32,000 bases of DNA from Enterobacteriaceae endosymbiont of Donacia provostii (GCF_012570145.1 NZ_CP046206.1:32324-64323), one strand, 5' to 3'. Positions 1 through 10,080 are shown, numbered from the stretch's first letter. The notes: a model not told the origin generated them from the letters alone. Translations and numbers: made by a program.

Positions 1-1066
1 TATTAAAATCATTATTCATAGCATTATAAAATTTTTGTTCTAATAAAAAAAATTTATTTTTTAAATTTTGTACATCATATAAACTGTTCTTAACAGATAA
101 AGAAATATATAATTTTTTTAAAACTTTTTCTGCTTGTTTTAATTTTATTTCATCATATATAATAGGACTACGATAATGAGTAGCAGTTAAAAAATATCTT
201 ACAACTTCTTTATTATATGTTAATAAAATATCTTTTATTTTTAAAGTATTTCTTAAAGATTTTGACATTTTTTTATTATTAATAATAATCATTCCTGTAT
301 GTATCCAATAATTAACAAAAAAATTTTTATCTATACAAGAAGATTGTGCTAATTCATTTTCATGATGAGGAAAAATTAAATCATTACCTCCACCATGTAT
401 ATCAAAATATTTTCCTAAATATTTATAACTTAAGGTAGAACATTCTATATGCCATCCAGGACGACCATATCCCCAAGGAGATTCCCAACCTATATCTAAT
501 TTATTAGTTAATTTCCATAATATAAAATCACTATAATTTTTTTTAAAATTAATATTTTTAATTCTAAACGTTGATTTTAATAAACTAATTTTTTGTTTAG
601 ATAATATTCCATAATTTAAATATTTTTGAATAGAAAACATAATATCACCATTTTTGGAAATATATGCGCTTTTATTAATTAATAATTTTTTTATTATTAA
701 AATAATATCATTTATATGATCAGTAACTTTAGGTTCAAAATTAGGAGTTAATATATTTAAATCATTTAGATCTTTAGAAATTTTATTAATTATATTTTTT
801 GTAAAATCTATAATATTATATTTTTTTTTTTTTATTATTTGAATTATTTTATCATCAATATCAGTAATATTTCTTATATATTTAACTTTATAACCTAAAA
901 ATTGTAAATACCTAATAATAATATCAAATATAATAAAAGTTCTTCCATGTCCAATATGACATAAATCATATGCAGTTATACCACATAAATAAATTTTTAC
1001 CTGTTTTTTATTAATAGGGAAAAATTTTTCTTTTTTTTTACTTAATGTATTAAAAATTTTTAACAT
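1..1066 (-). CDS. cysS: cysteine--tRNA ligase (partial; C-terminal part lies left of the window)
   Basis: Absent from the ORF track because its stop lies outside the window. My translation from the ATG at 1066 reads MLKIFNTLSKKKEKFFPINKKQVKIYLCGITAYDLCHIGHGRT, which is near-colinear with the E. coli CysS N-terminus including the HIGH motif. At the left edge the same frame is still open and reads ..FYNAMNNDFN (E. coli has AMDDDFN). An in-frame ATG at 1078 would add 4 aa, but homology favours 1066. Confidence 0.9.
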   Translation of the reverse strand, partial: MLKIFNTLSKKKEKFFPINKKQVKIYLCGITAYDLCHIGHGRTFIIFDIIIRYLQFLGYKVKYIRNITDIDDKIIQIIKKKKYNIIDFTKNIINKISKDLNDLNILTPNFEPKVTDHINDIILIIKKLLINKSAYISKNGDIMFSIQKYLNYGILSKQKISLLKSTFRIKNINFKKNYSDFILWKLTNKLDIGWESPWGYGRPGWHIECSTLSYKYLGKYFDIHGGGNDLIFPHHENELAQSSCIDKNFFVNYWIHTGMIIINNKKMSKSLRNTLKIKDILLTYNKEVVRYFLTATHYRSPIIYDEIKLKQAEKVLKKLYISLSVKNSLYDVQNLKNKFFLLEQKFYNAMNNDFN

Positions 1067-1156
1067 TGATTTTCTCATAATAAGAAATTTTATATAATAT
1101 TTTTTTATAGAAAATATATTTTATATAAAAAATTTAAAAAATATTTTATAAAAAAT

Positions 1157-2542
1157 TTAAATATTTTCGTTATTATAATAACTAGAATAGTTATCAAAAC
1201 GTGTAATTTGATTGTTAAAAATTAATTTTATAGTTCCAATAGGTCCATTTCTTTGTTTTCCTATAATTATTTCAGCAATACCATGTAAATTAGTATTTTC
1301 ATTATATACTTCATCTCTATAAATAAACATAATAAGATCTGCATCTTGTTCTATAGAACCTGATTCTCTTAAATCAGAATTCATTGGTCGTTTATCTGAT
1401 CTTTGTTCTAAAGATCTGTTTAATTGTGATAACGCAATTACAGGTACACGTAATTCTTTAGCTAAAGCTTTTAATGAACGAGAAATTTCTGAAATTTCTA
1501 AAGTTCTATTAAAAGATAAAGATGGTACTCTAATTAATTGTAAATAATCAATCATTATTAAACATAATCCATCATGTTCTCTAAATAGTTTCCTAGAACG
1601 TGATCTAATTTCTGTAGGAGTTAATTCTGAAGAATCATCAATATATATATTTTTTCTTTTTAATAATATTTCCATAGTAGCTGATATTTTTTTCCAATCA
1701 TCATCATTTAGTTGTCCTGTACGAATTTTACTTTGATGTACACGAGAAAGAGATGCTAACATACGAATCATAATTTGTTCACAAGGCATCTCTAAACTAA
1801 ATATCAAAACAGGTTTATCTTGAGAAATAGCTATATATTCACAAATATTCATTGCTAATGTAGTTTTACCCATAGCAGGACGAGCAGCAATTATTATAAG
1901 ATCTGATTTTTGTAATCCAGCTGTTTTTTTATTTAATTCATGATAACCAGTATCTATACCTGTAATACCATTTTTAGGCATATTATAAAATGATTCGATT
2001 TTAGAAATAGTAACTTCTAAAATTTCTTCTAAATTTTTAGGTTTAGTATTTTTATGTAAACGTTTTTCTGCTATTTTAAATACACGTGATTCTGCTAAAT
2101 TTAATAAATATTCACTATTTCTCCCGTTAGGAAAATATCCTGCTTCAGCTATCTCATTAGCTACAGATATCATTTCTCTAATAATTGCACGTTCATGAAC
2201 AATATCTGCATATGCAGATATATTTGATATACTAGGAATGTTTTTAGATAATTCAGCAAGATATGCAAATCCGCCTACTTGATTTAATTTTTTTTTACTC
2301 TCTAAAGATTCAGAAAGTGTAATTAGATCAATAGGTTTTCCTAATTCTATTAAATAATTCATTTCATTAAAAATTATTTTATGTGATAAAATAAAAAAAT
2401 CATCTACTATTATTTTTTCTATAATATTATCCCAGCGATTATTGTCTAACATTAGTCCTCCTAATATTGATTGTTCTGCTTCTAAAGAATGAGGAGGAAT
2501 TTTAATTTTTTCAATTTGAGGATCTTTTTTAAGAAGTTTCAT
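1157..2542 (-). CDS. dnaB: replicative DNA helicase DnaB
   Basis: 461-aa ORF. It carries the N-terminal PPHSLEAEQSILGG motif, the Walker A motif AARPAMGKTT, and IDYLQL / SQLNRSLEQR motifs typical of DnaB. ATG start checked. Confidence 0.97.
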   Translation of the reverse strand: MKLLKKDPQIEKIKIPPHSLEAEQSILGGLMLDNNRWDNIIEKIIVDDFFILSHKIIFNEMNYLIELGKPIDLITLSESLESKKKLNQVGGFAYLAELSKNIPSISNISAYADIVHERAIIREMISVANEIAEAGYFPNGRNSEYLLNLAESRVFKIAEKRLHKNTKPKNLEEILEVTISKIESFYNMPKNGITGIDTGYHELNKKTAGLQKSDLIIIAARPAMGKTTLAMNICEYIAISQDKPVLIFSLEMPCEQIMIRMLASLSRVHQSKIRTGQLNDDDWKKISATMEILLKRKNIYIDDSSELTPTEIRSRSRKLFREHDGLCLIMIDYLQLIRVPSLSFNRTLEISEISRSLKALAKELRVPVIALSQLNRSLEQRSDKRPMNSDLRESGSIEQDADLIMFIYRDEVYNENTNLHGIAEIIIGKQRNGPIGTIKLIFNNQITRFDNYSSYYNNENI

Positions 2543-2598
2543 TTAATTATTTTATACCATATATAAATTAATTTTTATTTCTTTAAATAATAAATATA

Positions 2599-3594
2599 TT
2601 ATTCTATTTTTATATAAGATAAAGCTTTATTTAAAATTTCTATATTATTCATATGTATATAATTATTTTTATTAAAAATGAATTTTTTTAATTTATTTAA
2701 TCCATTAATACCATAAAAAATATTTAATAAAGGAGTAATAATAGTAATTAAAGAATTACCTTTTTGTATTTCTTTTTCAATATAAAAAAACATAGATTCT
2801 ATTATTTCAATAGGATTTTTTTTTATCTTAAATTTAGTATTATAGATATAGTGATCTATATCCATTAATATTTTAGGATTTTTAAAAATTTCTCTTCCTA
2901 TCATAACACCATCAACGTATTTTAAGTGTTTTTTTATTTCTAATAAAGTCTGAATATTTCCATTAATTGATATATTAATTTTTGGAAAATCTTTTTTTAT
3001 TTGATAAATAAATTTATAATTTAGTTTCGGGATTAATAAATTTTTTTTTACATTAATATTATTATATAATAATGCTTTTCTTGCATGAATAATAATTCTA
3101 TTACATCCACTTTCTATTAATAAATTAATAAATTCATGTAAAAAAAAATAATTATCATTATTATTAATACCTATACGCATTTTTACAGTAATAGGTATAG
3201 AAACACAATCACTCATTGATTTTATACAATCTGATACTATTAAAGGTTGATTCATTAAACATGCACCAAAATTACCTTTCTGAGATTTTAAAGAAGGACA
3301 ACCTAAATTAAAATTAATTTCTTTATAACCTATTTTTTCTGCTTCTTTAGCACATAAAGATAATAATTTATGTTTATTACCTGCTAATTGTAATACAATA
3401 TTACTAGTATTTTTGTTTTCTAATAAAATATTTTTATTATTTTTAACTGTATTTGAATGAATCATTTCAGTATATAAAAGTGATTTTTTAGTTAATTTAC
3501 GATAAAAATATCTACAATATTTATTAGTTTTACCTAACATAGGAGCTACTTCAAAAGTAAAATATGGAATTTTTTTTTTCATTATATATGACAT
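2599..3594 (-). CDS. dusA: tRNA-dihydrouridine synthase A
   Basis: 331-aa ORF. EVAPMLGKTNKYCRYFYR..LLYTEM matches the DusA N-terminus, and the catalytic-Cys motif NLGCPS..GNFGACLM is present. It neighbours dnaB, as dusA does (near dnaB) in E. coli. The start could instead be the Met 4 codons downstream (3582). Confidence 0.9.
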   Translation of the reverse strand: MSYIMKKKIPYFTFEVAPMLGKTNKYCRYFYRKLTKKSLLYTEMIHSNTVKNNKNILLENKNTSNIVLQLAGNKHKLLSLCAKEAEKIGYKEINFNLGCPSLKSQKGNFGACLMNQPLIVSDCIKSMSDCVSIPITVKMRIGINNNDNYFFLHEFINLLIESGCNRIIIHARKALLYNNINVKKNLLIPKLNYKFIYQIKKDFPKINISINGNIQTLLEIKKHLKYVDGVMIGREIFKNPKILMDIDHYIYNTKFKIKKNPIEIIESMFFYIEKEIQKGNSLITIITPLLNIFYGINGLNKLKKFIFNKNNYIHMNNIEILNKALSYIKIE

Positions 3595-3632
3595 ATAAGT
3601 AGATAATAATTATAATAATTAAAGCTTTAATA

Positions 3633-4988
3633 TTATTGATATGGGTTTTTATTTTCTTGAAATTTAATACTGATAATATTACCAAAACATTTAAGTTTAT
3701 TATAAAAAAAATTTATTAAATAACGTTTATAATTATTAGTTAATTTTTGAACTTGATTACCATGTATTTTAAATAATAAAGGATGATTTTTAATTTGATG
3801 TATATATTTTAATTTTATTCTTTTTCCATGATATAAAGGAGGTAAAACTAAACTAGTTGCTGAATATAATATTTTCATAAGTTTAGACGTACTATATATT
3901 TTTTTAGATTTATTATATATTTTATAAATTAAATTAAGAATATAACTTAAATTTACAATTAATTTAGCTGAAATAGTTATTACAGGAAAAAATTTAAATT
4001 TTATTTTTATTAATTTTTTTATAAATAAAATATTTTCTTTATTTAAAAGATCTATTTTATTGATAATAATAATTATCATTTTATTTTTTGATATAATATA
4101 TTTTATTAATTGTATATCTTGTTTGCAAAAAATTTTTTTTTCCCCATTTATTATATATAAAATAATATCAGATTTATAAATAGTTTTGTAAGATTCTAAA
4201 ATAGAAAATTTTTCTGTTTTATTTTTAATTTTATTTTTTTTTTTTATCCCAGAAGTATCAATTAAAACAATATTTTTATAAATATTATTAAAATTATTTA
4301 ATGGTAAATAAACACTCTCTCTTGTAGTACCTGGTTTATTATTAACAAACATTCTTTTTTCATTAATGAATTTATTGACTAAAGTAGATTTACCTACATT
4401 AGGCATTCCTATAATAGCAACTTTAATATTCTTTGGATTTTTTTTATAGATTTTATTATAAATTAAATTATTTTTTTTTTTAAAAGATATTTTTTTTATA
4501 TTTTTATATAAAATTTCTTTTAATTTTAAAATATCAATATTATTTTTAATATTTATTAAATAAAATTTAAAACCTAAAGCATAAAAATCATTATCTAAAA
4601 ATATTTTTTTATTCATATTTAATATTAAAATAGCTTGCTTATTATATTTTCTAATATAATCAATTATTTTATAATCAAGTAAATTTAATTTATTACCTCT
4701 AATTAATAATAAAATTAAATTTGATTCTTGAATTGATAACAAAATTTGATTTTTTACTAAAAAATTATTTTCTGTAATTTTATTATAACTAATTGTATCT
4801 ATACAAATATATTTAATATTTTTAATAATAGCTTCAGAATATTTTTTATCTATTGTAAAATTTGGAATTTTATTAACTAATGAATCATATTTTTCTATTA
4901 ATATATTATATAAAGAAGATTTACCTACATTATTATCACCCATAATCGTAATTATTGGATAATAATTAATAACATTATTATTTATCAT
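3633..4988 (-). CDS. der: ribosome-assembly GTPase Der (EngA), tandem G domains
   Basis: 451-aa ORF with two P-loops (GDNNVGKS and GMPNVGKS). The second domain has PGTTRES, DTSG and NKID. The C-terminal KH-like tail (KLKYIHQ..HGNQV..YKRYLINFF) matches E. coli Der. Domain 1 motifs G3 and G4 are degenerate (see findings). Confidence 0.9.
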   Translation of the reverse strand: MINNNVINYYPIITIMGDNNVGKSSLYNILIEKYDSLVNKIPNFTIDKKYSEAIIKNIKYICIDTISYNKITENNFLVKNQILLSIQESNLILLLIRGNKLNLLDYKIIDYIRKYNKQAILILNMNKKIFLDNDFYALGFKFYLINIKNNIDILKLKEILYKNIKKISFKKKNNLIYNKIYKKNPKNIKVAIIGMPNVGKSTLVNKFINEKRMFVNNKPGTTRESVYLPLNNFNNIYKNIVLIDTSGIKKKNKIKNKTEKFSILESYKTIYKSDIILYIINGEKKIFCKQDIQLIKYIISKNKMIIIIINKIDLLNKENILFIKKLIKIKFKFFPVITISAKLIVNLSYILNLIYKIYNKSKKIYSTSKLMKILYSATSLVLPPLYHGKRIKLKYIHQIKNHPLLFKIHGNQVQKLTNNYKRYLINFFYNKLKCFGNIISIKFQENKNPYQ

Positions 4989-5259
4989 ATTTCATTATAA
5001 TTTTAGTAAAAATATTTTATATGTTATATATAAATGTTTTTTTTAAAAAAAATGATTTTACATTTTAATATTTTAAAACATAAAAAATAACTATATACTA
5101 TATAATAAAAATTTTTTAATATAAAAAATATATTTAATAATTAATTTAAAATTTTATTAATATAAAAAAATTAAAAATAAACTTTTTAATTAAAAAACAA
5201 AACTATAAAATAACATAATTTTATTTATTTTAAAATAAAAGAATAAGATTATAAAATTA

Positions 5260-6552
5260 TTAAGAATTAAAATATTTTTCTAAATTTAATATTAATTTCT
5301 CTTCTGGTATAGATATTTGTTTTCTTATATATAAATCTTTTAAGATAATTAAATTATTTTTTATTTCTTTTTGACCTACTATTAATATAAAACGTGATTT
5401 ATATTTATTTGCCTGGATAATTTGTTTTTTTAAACTTTTAAAACAATAACTTATAATCATTCTAAGTTTAGGAAATTTTTCTCTAATTAATTCACTAATA
5501 ACTAAAATTTTTTTAAAACTACTATTAGATTCCATAGGAATTAAAAAAATATCAATTAAAAAATTTAAATTTAATTTTAAAGATTGATTTTTTTGTACTA
5601 ATAATAATAAACGTTCTATTCCAATAGCACAACCAAAACCACTATGATTTTTACCATTACTCATATTATTAATTAATTTATCATATCTTCCCCCGCCACA
5701 AATAGTTTTTGAAATATTTTGATTACTAATATCATAAGTTTTCCATTCAAAAACAATATCATTATAATAATCTAATCCTCTTACTAAATAATAATTAATA
5801 GTAAATTTAATATTCATAATATTTAAAATATTACAAAATTTATTAAATTTATCTATACTTTCCTTATTTAAAAAATCTTTTAATTTAGGTATAAAATTCA
5901 ATTGTTTAATATTATTATATTTATAATTATCTAATATCCTTAAAGGATTAGTATAAATTTTTTTTTTATCATTTAAGTCTAAATAAGAATAATTCTTTTC
6001 CCAAAATAATACTAATTTTTCAATATATTTTTTTCTATCTTTTAAGGATCCAATAGTATTGATTTCTAAAAAAATATTTTTTGTAATATTTAATTTTTTC
6101 CATATATTATTTATAATAATAATAATTTCAGCATCAATATATGGAGATTCTAATCCAAGAACTTCTAAACCAATTTGATGAAATTGTCTATATCTTCCTT
6201 TTTGAGGACGTTCATAACGAAACATTGGACCATTATACCAAAATCTTTTATTATTAGAAAATATATTATGTTCTATTACTGCTCTAATAAATCCTAAAGT
6301 TCCTTCAGGACGTAGAGTTAAAGAATTATTATTTTTATCTAATAAAGTATACATTTCTTTTTCAATAACATCTGTATGTTCTCCAATAGATTTTCTAAAT
6401 AATTCACTATGTTCTAAAAGAGGTAATTTAATTTCTTGATAACCATAATTATTTAAAATATTTTGAATTATATTTTCAATTTTTTTCCATAAAATTGTAT
6501 CAGGAAAGAAATAATCATGCATACCATAAACAGCTTTTATTAACTTTATCAC
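5260..6552 (-). CDS. hisS: histidine--tRNA ligase
   Basis: 430-aa ORF. The N-terminus (M)IKLIKAVYGMHDY is colinear with E. coli MAKNIQAIRGMNDY. Motif 2 (FRYERPQKGRYRQFHQ) and GGGRYD are present. The start codon read from the sequence is GTG (plus-strand cac at 6550-6552). Confidence 0.95.
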   Translation of the reverse strand: MIKLIKAVYGMHDYFFPDTILWKKIENIIQNILNNYGYQEIKLPLLEHSELFRKSIGEHTDVIEKEMYTLLDKNNNSLTLRPEGTLGFIRAVIEHNIFSNNKRFWYNGPMFRYERPQKGRYRQFHQIGLEVLGLESPYIDAEIIIIINNIWKKLNITKNIFLEINTIGSLKDRKKYIEKLVLFWEKNYSYLDLNDKKKIYTNPLRILDNYKYNNIKQLNFIPKLKDFLNKESIDKFNKFCNILNIMNIKFTINYYLVRGLDYYNDIVFEWKTYDISNQNISKTICGGGRYDKLINNMSNGKNHSGFGCAIGIERLLLLVQKNQSLKLNLNFLIDIFLIPMESNSSFKKILVISELIREKFPKLRMIISYCFKSLKKQIIQANKYKSRFILIVGQKEIKNNLIILKDLYIRKQISIPEEKLILNLEKYFNS

Positions 6553-6771
6553 TATAAATATCTCTAATTATAAATATTAATTTAATTAAAATTAATATTA
6601 TATTATAATAACGGAATAATAAATTTAAGTATATTAGTTTTTATAATTATTGTTTTATATTTTTTTAAAAAAAAATTTATTATTAAATAATATTTAAAAT
6701 AAGATAATATTTATTATATAGACAATATATAATTATATATTAAATTTTATTAAATAAAAATATATATTTAA

Positions 6772-7251
6772 ATGAAAAATGATGTTTATTGGATGAAATG
6801 TGCTTTAAATTTTGCTAAATTAGCAGAATTTTACGAAGAAATACCAGTAGGAGCTATTATTATCAAAAATAATAAAATTATTTCTTATGGTATTAATAAT
6901 TCTATAAAAAACAATGATCCTACGGGACATGCAGAAATAATAGCTTTAAGAAAAGCAGCAAAATTTTTAAAAAACTATAGATTATTAAATACTACTATGT
7001 ATGTAACTTTAGAACCATGTTTAATGTGTTCTGGAGCTATAATTAATAGTAGAATTTCTCGTTTAGTTTTTAGTACATATAATAAAAAATATAGTAATAC
7101 CGGATCATTTATAGATTTATTAAGTACATATAATATTAATTATAAATTAAAAATTAATTCTGGTATTTTAAAAAAAAAATGTAATAATATTATAAAAAAA
7201 TTTTTTTTCTTAAAAAGAAAAAAGAATAATTTTCTTAAAAAGGCTTATTAA
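6772..7251 (+). CDS. tadA: tRNA-specific adenosine deaminase
   Basis: 159-aa ORF with the CDA-fold zinc motifs HAE (HAEIIALR) and PCLMCSGA. Its size and layout match TadA. Confidence 0.9.
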   Translation: MKNDVYWMKCALNFAKLAEFYEEIPVGAIIIKNNKIISYGINNSIKNNDPTGHAEIIALRKAAKFLKNYRLLNTTMYVTLEPCLMCSGAIINSRISRLVFSTYNKKYSNTGSFIDLLSTYNINYKLKINSGILKKKCNNIIKKFFFLKRKKNNFLKKAY

Positions 7252-7252
7252 T

Positions 7253-8491
7253 ATGAAAATATTTAATTCAGACTTAAAATTATTTAATATTATTAAAAAA
7301 GAATCTGAAAGACAAGAAAATAGTATTAATTTAATAGCTTCTGAAAATTATGCGTCTTATGGAGTAATGAATATTCAGGGATCAAAATTAACAAATAAAT
7401 ATGCAGAAGGATATCCTAATAATAGATATTATGGAGGATGTAAATATATAGATAAGATTGAAAATCTTGCTATCAAGAGAGCTAAAAAATTATTTAATGC
7501 TGATTATGTAAATGTACAACCCCATTCAGGATCACAAGCAAATTTTGCTGTATACATGGCTTTATTAAAACCTGGAGATATAATAATGGGTTTAGAAAAT
7601 TCACATGGAGGTCATTTAACTCATGGATCTAAAGTAAATTTTTCAGGAAAATTTTTTCAAAACATATCTTATAAAATAAATAATAACGGAAAAATTAATT
7701 ATAATAATTTACTAAAATTAGCAAAAAAATATAAACCAAAAATGATTATTGGTGGTTTTTCATCATATTCTAGAATATGTAACTGGAAAAAGATGAGATA
7801 TATTGCTGATACAATAAATGCATATTTTTTAGTAGATATTTCACATATTGCAGGTTTAATTATTGCTGGATTATATCCTAATCCATTACCTTATGCACAT
7901 ATTATTACTAGTACTACTCATAAAACTTTATCTGGTCCTAGAGGTGGTATAATATTATCTTCAGAAAAAAATAAAATTTTATTTCATAAAATTGATAAAG
8001 CAGTATTTCCTGGAAGTCAAGGTGGACCATTAATGCATATTATTGCTGCTAAAGCTTTTGCTTTTAAAGAAGCATTAAATATAAAATTTAACATATATCA
8101 AAAACAAATTTTAATAAACTCAAAATTAATGGTAAAAATTTTTAAAAAATATAATTATAAAATTGTATTTAATAATACTGATATTCATATGTTTATTATT
8201 GATTTAACTAATAAAAATATAACGGGATTAGAAGCTCAAATATTATTAGAAAAGTATAATATAATTGTTAATAAAAATAGTATTCCTTATGACATAAAAT
8301 CTCCTTCAATTACATCTGGTATAAGAATAGGAACTCCAGCTATTACAAAAAGAGGTTTAAAAGAAAAAGAAATAAAAAAATTAACAATAAATATAATTAA
8401 TATATTAAATAATAAAAATAAATTTTTAAGATATATTAAAAATGATATAATTCAATTATGTAAAAATTTTCCTATATACATCCATGATTAA
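7253..8491 (+). CDS. glyA: serine hydroxymethyltransferase
   Basis: 412-aa ORF. It has ELIASENY-like LIASENYAS, the PLP-lysine motif TSTTHKTLSGPRGG, and VFPGSQGGPLMH. It starts 1 nt after the tadA stop. Confidence 0.97.
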   Translation: MKIFNSDLKLFNIIKKESERQENSINLIASENYASYGVMNIQGSKLTNKYAEGYPNNRYYGGCKYIDKIENLAIKRAKKLFNADYVNVQPHSGSQANFAVYMALLKPGDIIMGLENSHGGHLTHGSKVNFSGKFFQNISYKINNNGKINYNNLLKLAKKYKPKMIIGGFSSYSRICNWKKMRYIADTINAYFLVDISHIAGLIIAGLYPNPLPYAHIITSTTHKTLSGPRGGIILSSEKNKILFHKIDKAVFPGSQGGPLMHIIAAKAFAFKEALNIKFNIYQKQILINSKLMVKIFKKYNYKIVFNNTDIHMFIIDLTNKNITGLEAQILLEKYNIIVNKNSIPYDIKSPSITSGIRIGTPAITKRGLKEKEIKKLTINIINILNNKNKFLRYIKNDIIQLCKNFPIYIHD

Positions 8492-8527
8492 AATTTTATT
8501 TTTTAATAAAAATACAATGGTAATAAT

Positions 8528-9094
8528 ATGATAAAACAATTTTCTGCTATAATTTGTGTTACAGATGGTATTGAAGATATAGAAACAGTATCATCTATAG
8601 ATATTTTAAATAGAAGTAATATACAAACTAAATTATTAAGTATAAATAATAAGCGTGAAATTCAATGTGCACATGGCACAAAAATAATAAGTAATATTTT
8701 TATAAATGATTTAAAAAATATTAATATTAATAATGAATCTGCAATTATTCTTCCTGGAGGATTAAAAGCTGCGGAAAGCTTTCAAAAAAATAAAATTTTA
8801 TTAAAATATCTAAAAATTTTTAAAAAAAATAATAAGATAATAGCAGCTATATGTGCATCTCCCTCTTTAGTTATATGTTCAAATAATCTTTTCCCGAATG
8901 CAAAAATGACTGGATATTTAAAATTAAAATATTTAATTCCATATCAACAATGGAAAAAATATCCAGTTTTTTGGGATAATAAATATAGATTATTAACAGC
9001 ACAAAGTGTTAAATATGCAATTGAATTTAATTTAAAATTAATTTCTATTATTTTAGGTGAAGAAAAATACTTAAAAATTAAAAAAGAATTATAA
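8528..9094 (+). CDS. yajL: DJ-1/PfpI family protein YajL (ThiJ-like deglycase/chaperone)
   Basis: 188-aa ORF colinear with E. coli YajL. Shared motifs are EDIETVSSIDIL, LPGGLKAAE, the nucleophile-elbow AAICASP, and LLTAQSVKYAIEF. Confidence 0.8.
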   Translation: MIKQFSAIICVTDGIEDIETVSSIDILNRSNIQTKLLSINNKREIQCAHGTKIISNIFINDLKNININNESAIILPGGLKAAESFQKNKILLKYLKIFKKNNKIIAAICASPSLVICSNNLFPNAKMTGYLKLKYLIPYQQWKKYPVFWDNKYRLLTAQSVKYAIEFNLKLISIILGEEKYLKIKKEL

Positions 9095-9120
9095 TTATTT
9101 ATTGTGAAATAAATAGTTTT
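9095..9120 (+). terminator. weak putative intrinsic terminator after yajL
   Basis: An 8-bp stem tatttatt (9096-9103) pairs with aataaata (9108-9115) around a gtga loop, followed by gtttt. The stem is all A-T, so stability is low. It lies in the convergent yajL/nusB spacer. Confidence 0.25.
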
Positions 9121-9163
9121 AAATAGACTTAACATTTAAGAATTATTTTTTCGTGAATTTTAA

Positions 9164-9583
9164 TTAAGTTCTTAATTTATTCGCCATTTTATCTAAAACG
9201 CCATTAATAAATTTATAACTATTTTCTACACCTCCAAAACTTTTTGCTAAATGGATACCTTCATTTATTACAACTTTATATGGAACATCTAAACGATTTA
9301 TTAGTTCATATATTGAAATACGTAATATTGCTTTTTCAATTTGTCCTAATTCAAATAATTTTCTAGATATATAAGGTTTCATAATATTATCTAAATATTC
9401 ACTATTTATTATAACACCATTTATTAAATCATTAAAATAATCTATATCTATATGTTTAATGTCTTTTATTGATTCATGTAAAAAATAATATTGAATATCA
9501 TTAAAATTATTATTAGATAATTGCCAAGAATAAATAGCTTGTAAAGCATATTTTCTAGATTGATATCTATAAGTAAATTTCAC
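9164..9583 (-). CDS. nusB: transcription antitermination factor NusB
   Basis: 139-aa ORF colinear with E. coli NusB ([55 protein letters not shown]). The start codon is GTG and overlaps the ribH stop as GTGA. Confidence 0.93.
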   Translation of the reverse strand: MKFTYRYQSRKYALQAIYSWQLSNNNFNDIQYYFLHESIKDIKHIDIDYFNDLINGVIINSEYLDNIMKPYISRKLFELGQIEKAILRISIYELINRLDVPYKVVINEGIHLAKSFGGVENSYKFINGVLDKMANKLRT

Positions 9584-10080
9584 TTGACTTCCTTTTTATT
9601 TGTTATATGTAATAATTTTATTGACTTAAATACATTAATCATCTCTAATAAAGTTAGAGCAGCTTCTGTACCTTTATTTACAACTTTAATACCAGATCTT
9701 TCAATAGCTTGTTTAATATTATCAGTAGTTAAAATGCTAAAAGCAATAGGAATATTATTTTTTACTGATAGATTAGATATTTGGGAACAAACTTCTTGAG
9801 ATAAATATTTAAAATGAGATGTTTCTCCTTTTATAATACTACCTATAGCTATTATACCATCATAAATATTTTTTTGTATTAATAATTGTATTACAGAAGC
9901 TATTTCATAGCTTCCTGGAACCCAACAAATAGTAATATTTTTTTCTTGAACCATACCTATTCTTTGTAAAGAATCAATAGTAGCATATAATAAATGTTTA
10001 TTTATAAATGTATTGAATCTTGATATTACAATGGCGATTATAGCATTAGGTGCTATAACATTTTCATCAATAATTTTCAT
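9580..10080 (-). CDS. ribH: 6,7-dimethyl-8-ribityllumazine synthase
   Basis: 166-aa ORF colinear with E. coli RibE/RibH ([48 protein letters not shown]). The ribD-ribH-nusB order is as in E. coli. The stop codon is TGA. Confidence 0.93.
   Translation of the reverse strand: MKIIDENVIAPNAIIAIVISRFNTFINKHLLYATIDSLQRIGMVQEKNITICWVPGSYEIASVIQLLIQKNIYDGIIAIGSIIKGETSHFKYLSQEVCSQISNLSVKNNIPIAFSILTTDNIKQAIERSGIKVVNKGTEAALTLLEMINVFKSIKLLHITNKKEVK

Noticed and set aside
8944-9135. 63-aa ORF on the minus strand
   Set aside because: It is almost entirely antisense to the well-supported yajL CDS. Its composition is low complexity and it has no recognisable motif. Such ORFs are expected by chance in A/T-rich DNA.
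9580-9582. Possibility of an alternative genetic code (UGA read as Trp, as in some tiny symbiont genomes)
   Set aside because: TGA terminates ribH at a sensible position. Trp positions conserved with E. coli are encoded by TGG (for example gpmA ESEWN). All genes reach full length under code 11.
9560-9799. 79-aa ORF on the plus strand
   Set aside because: It is antisense to ribH and nusB, both of which have strong homology support, and it has no motifs.
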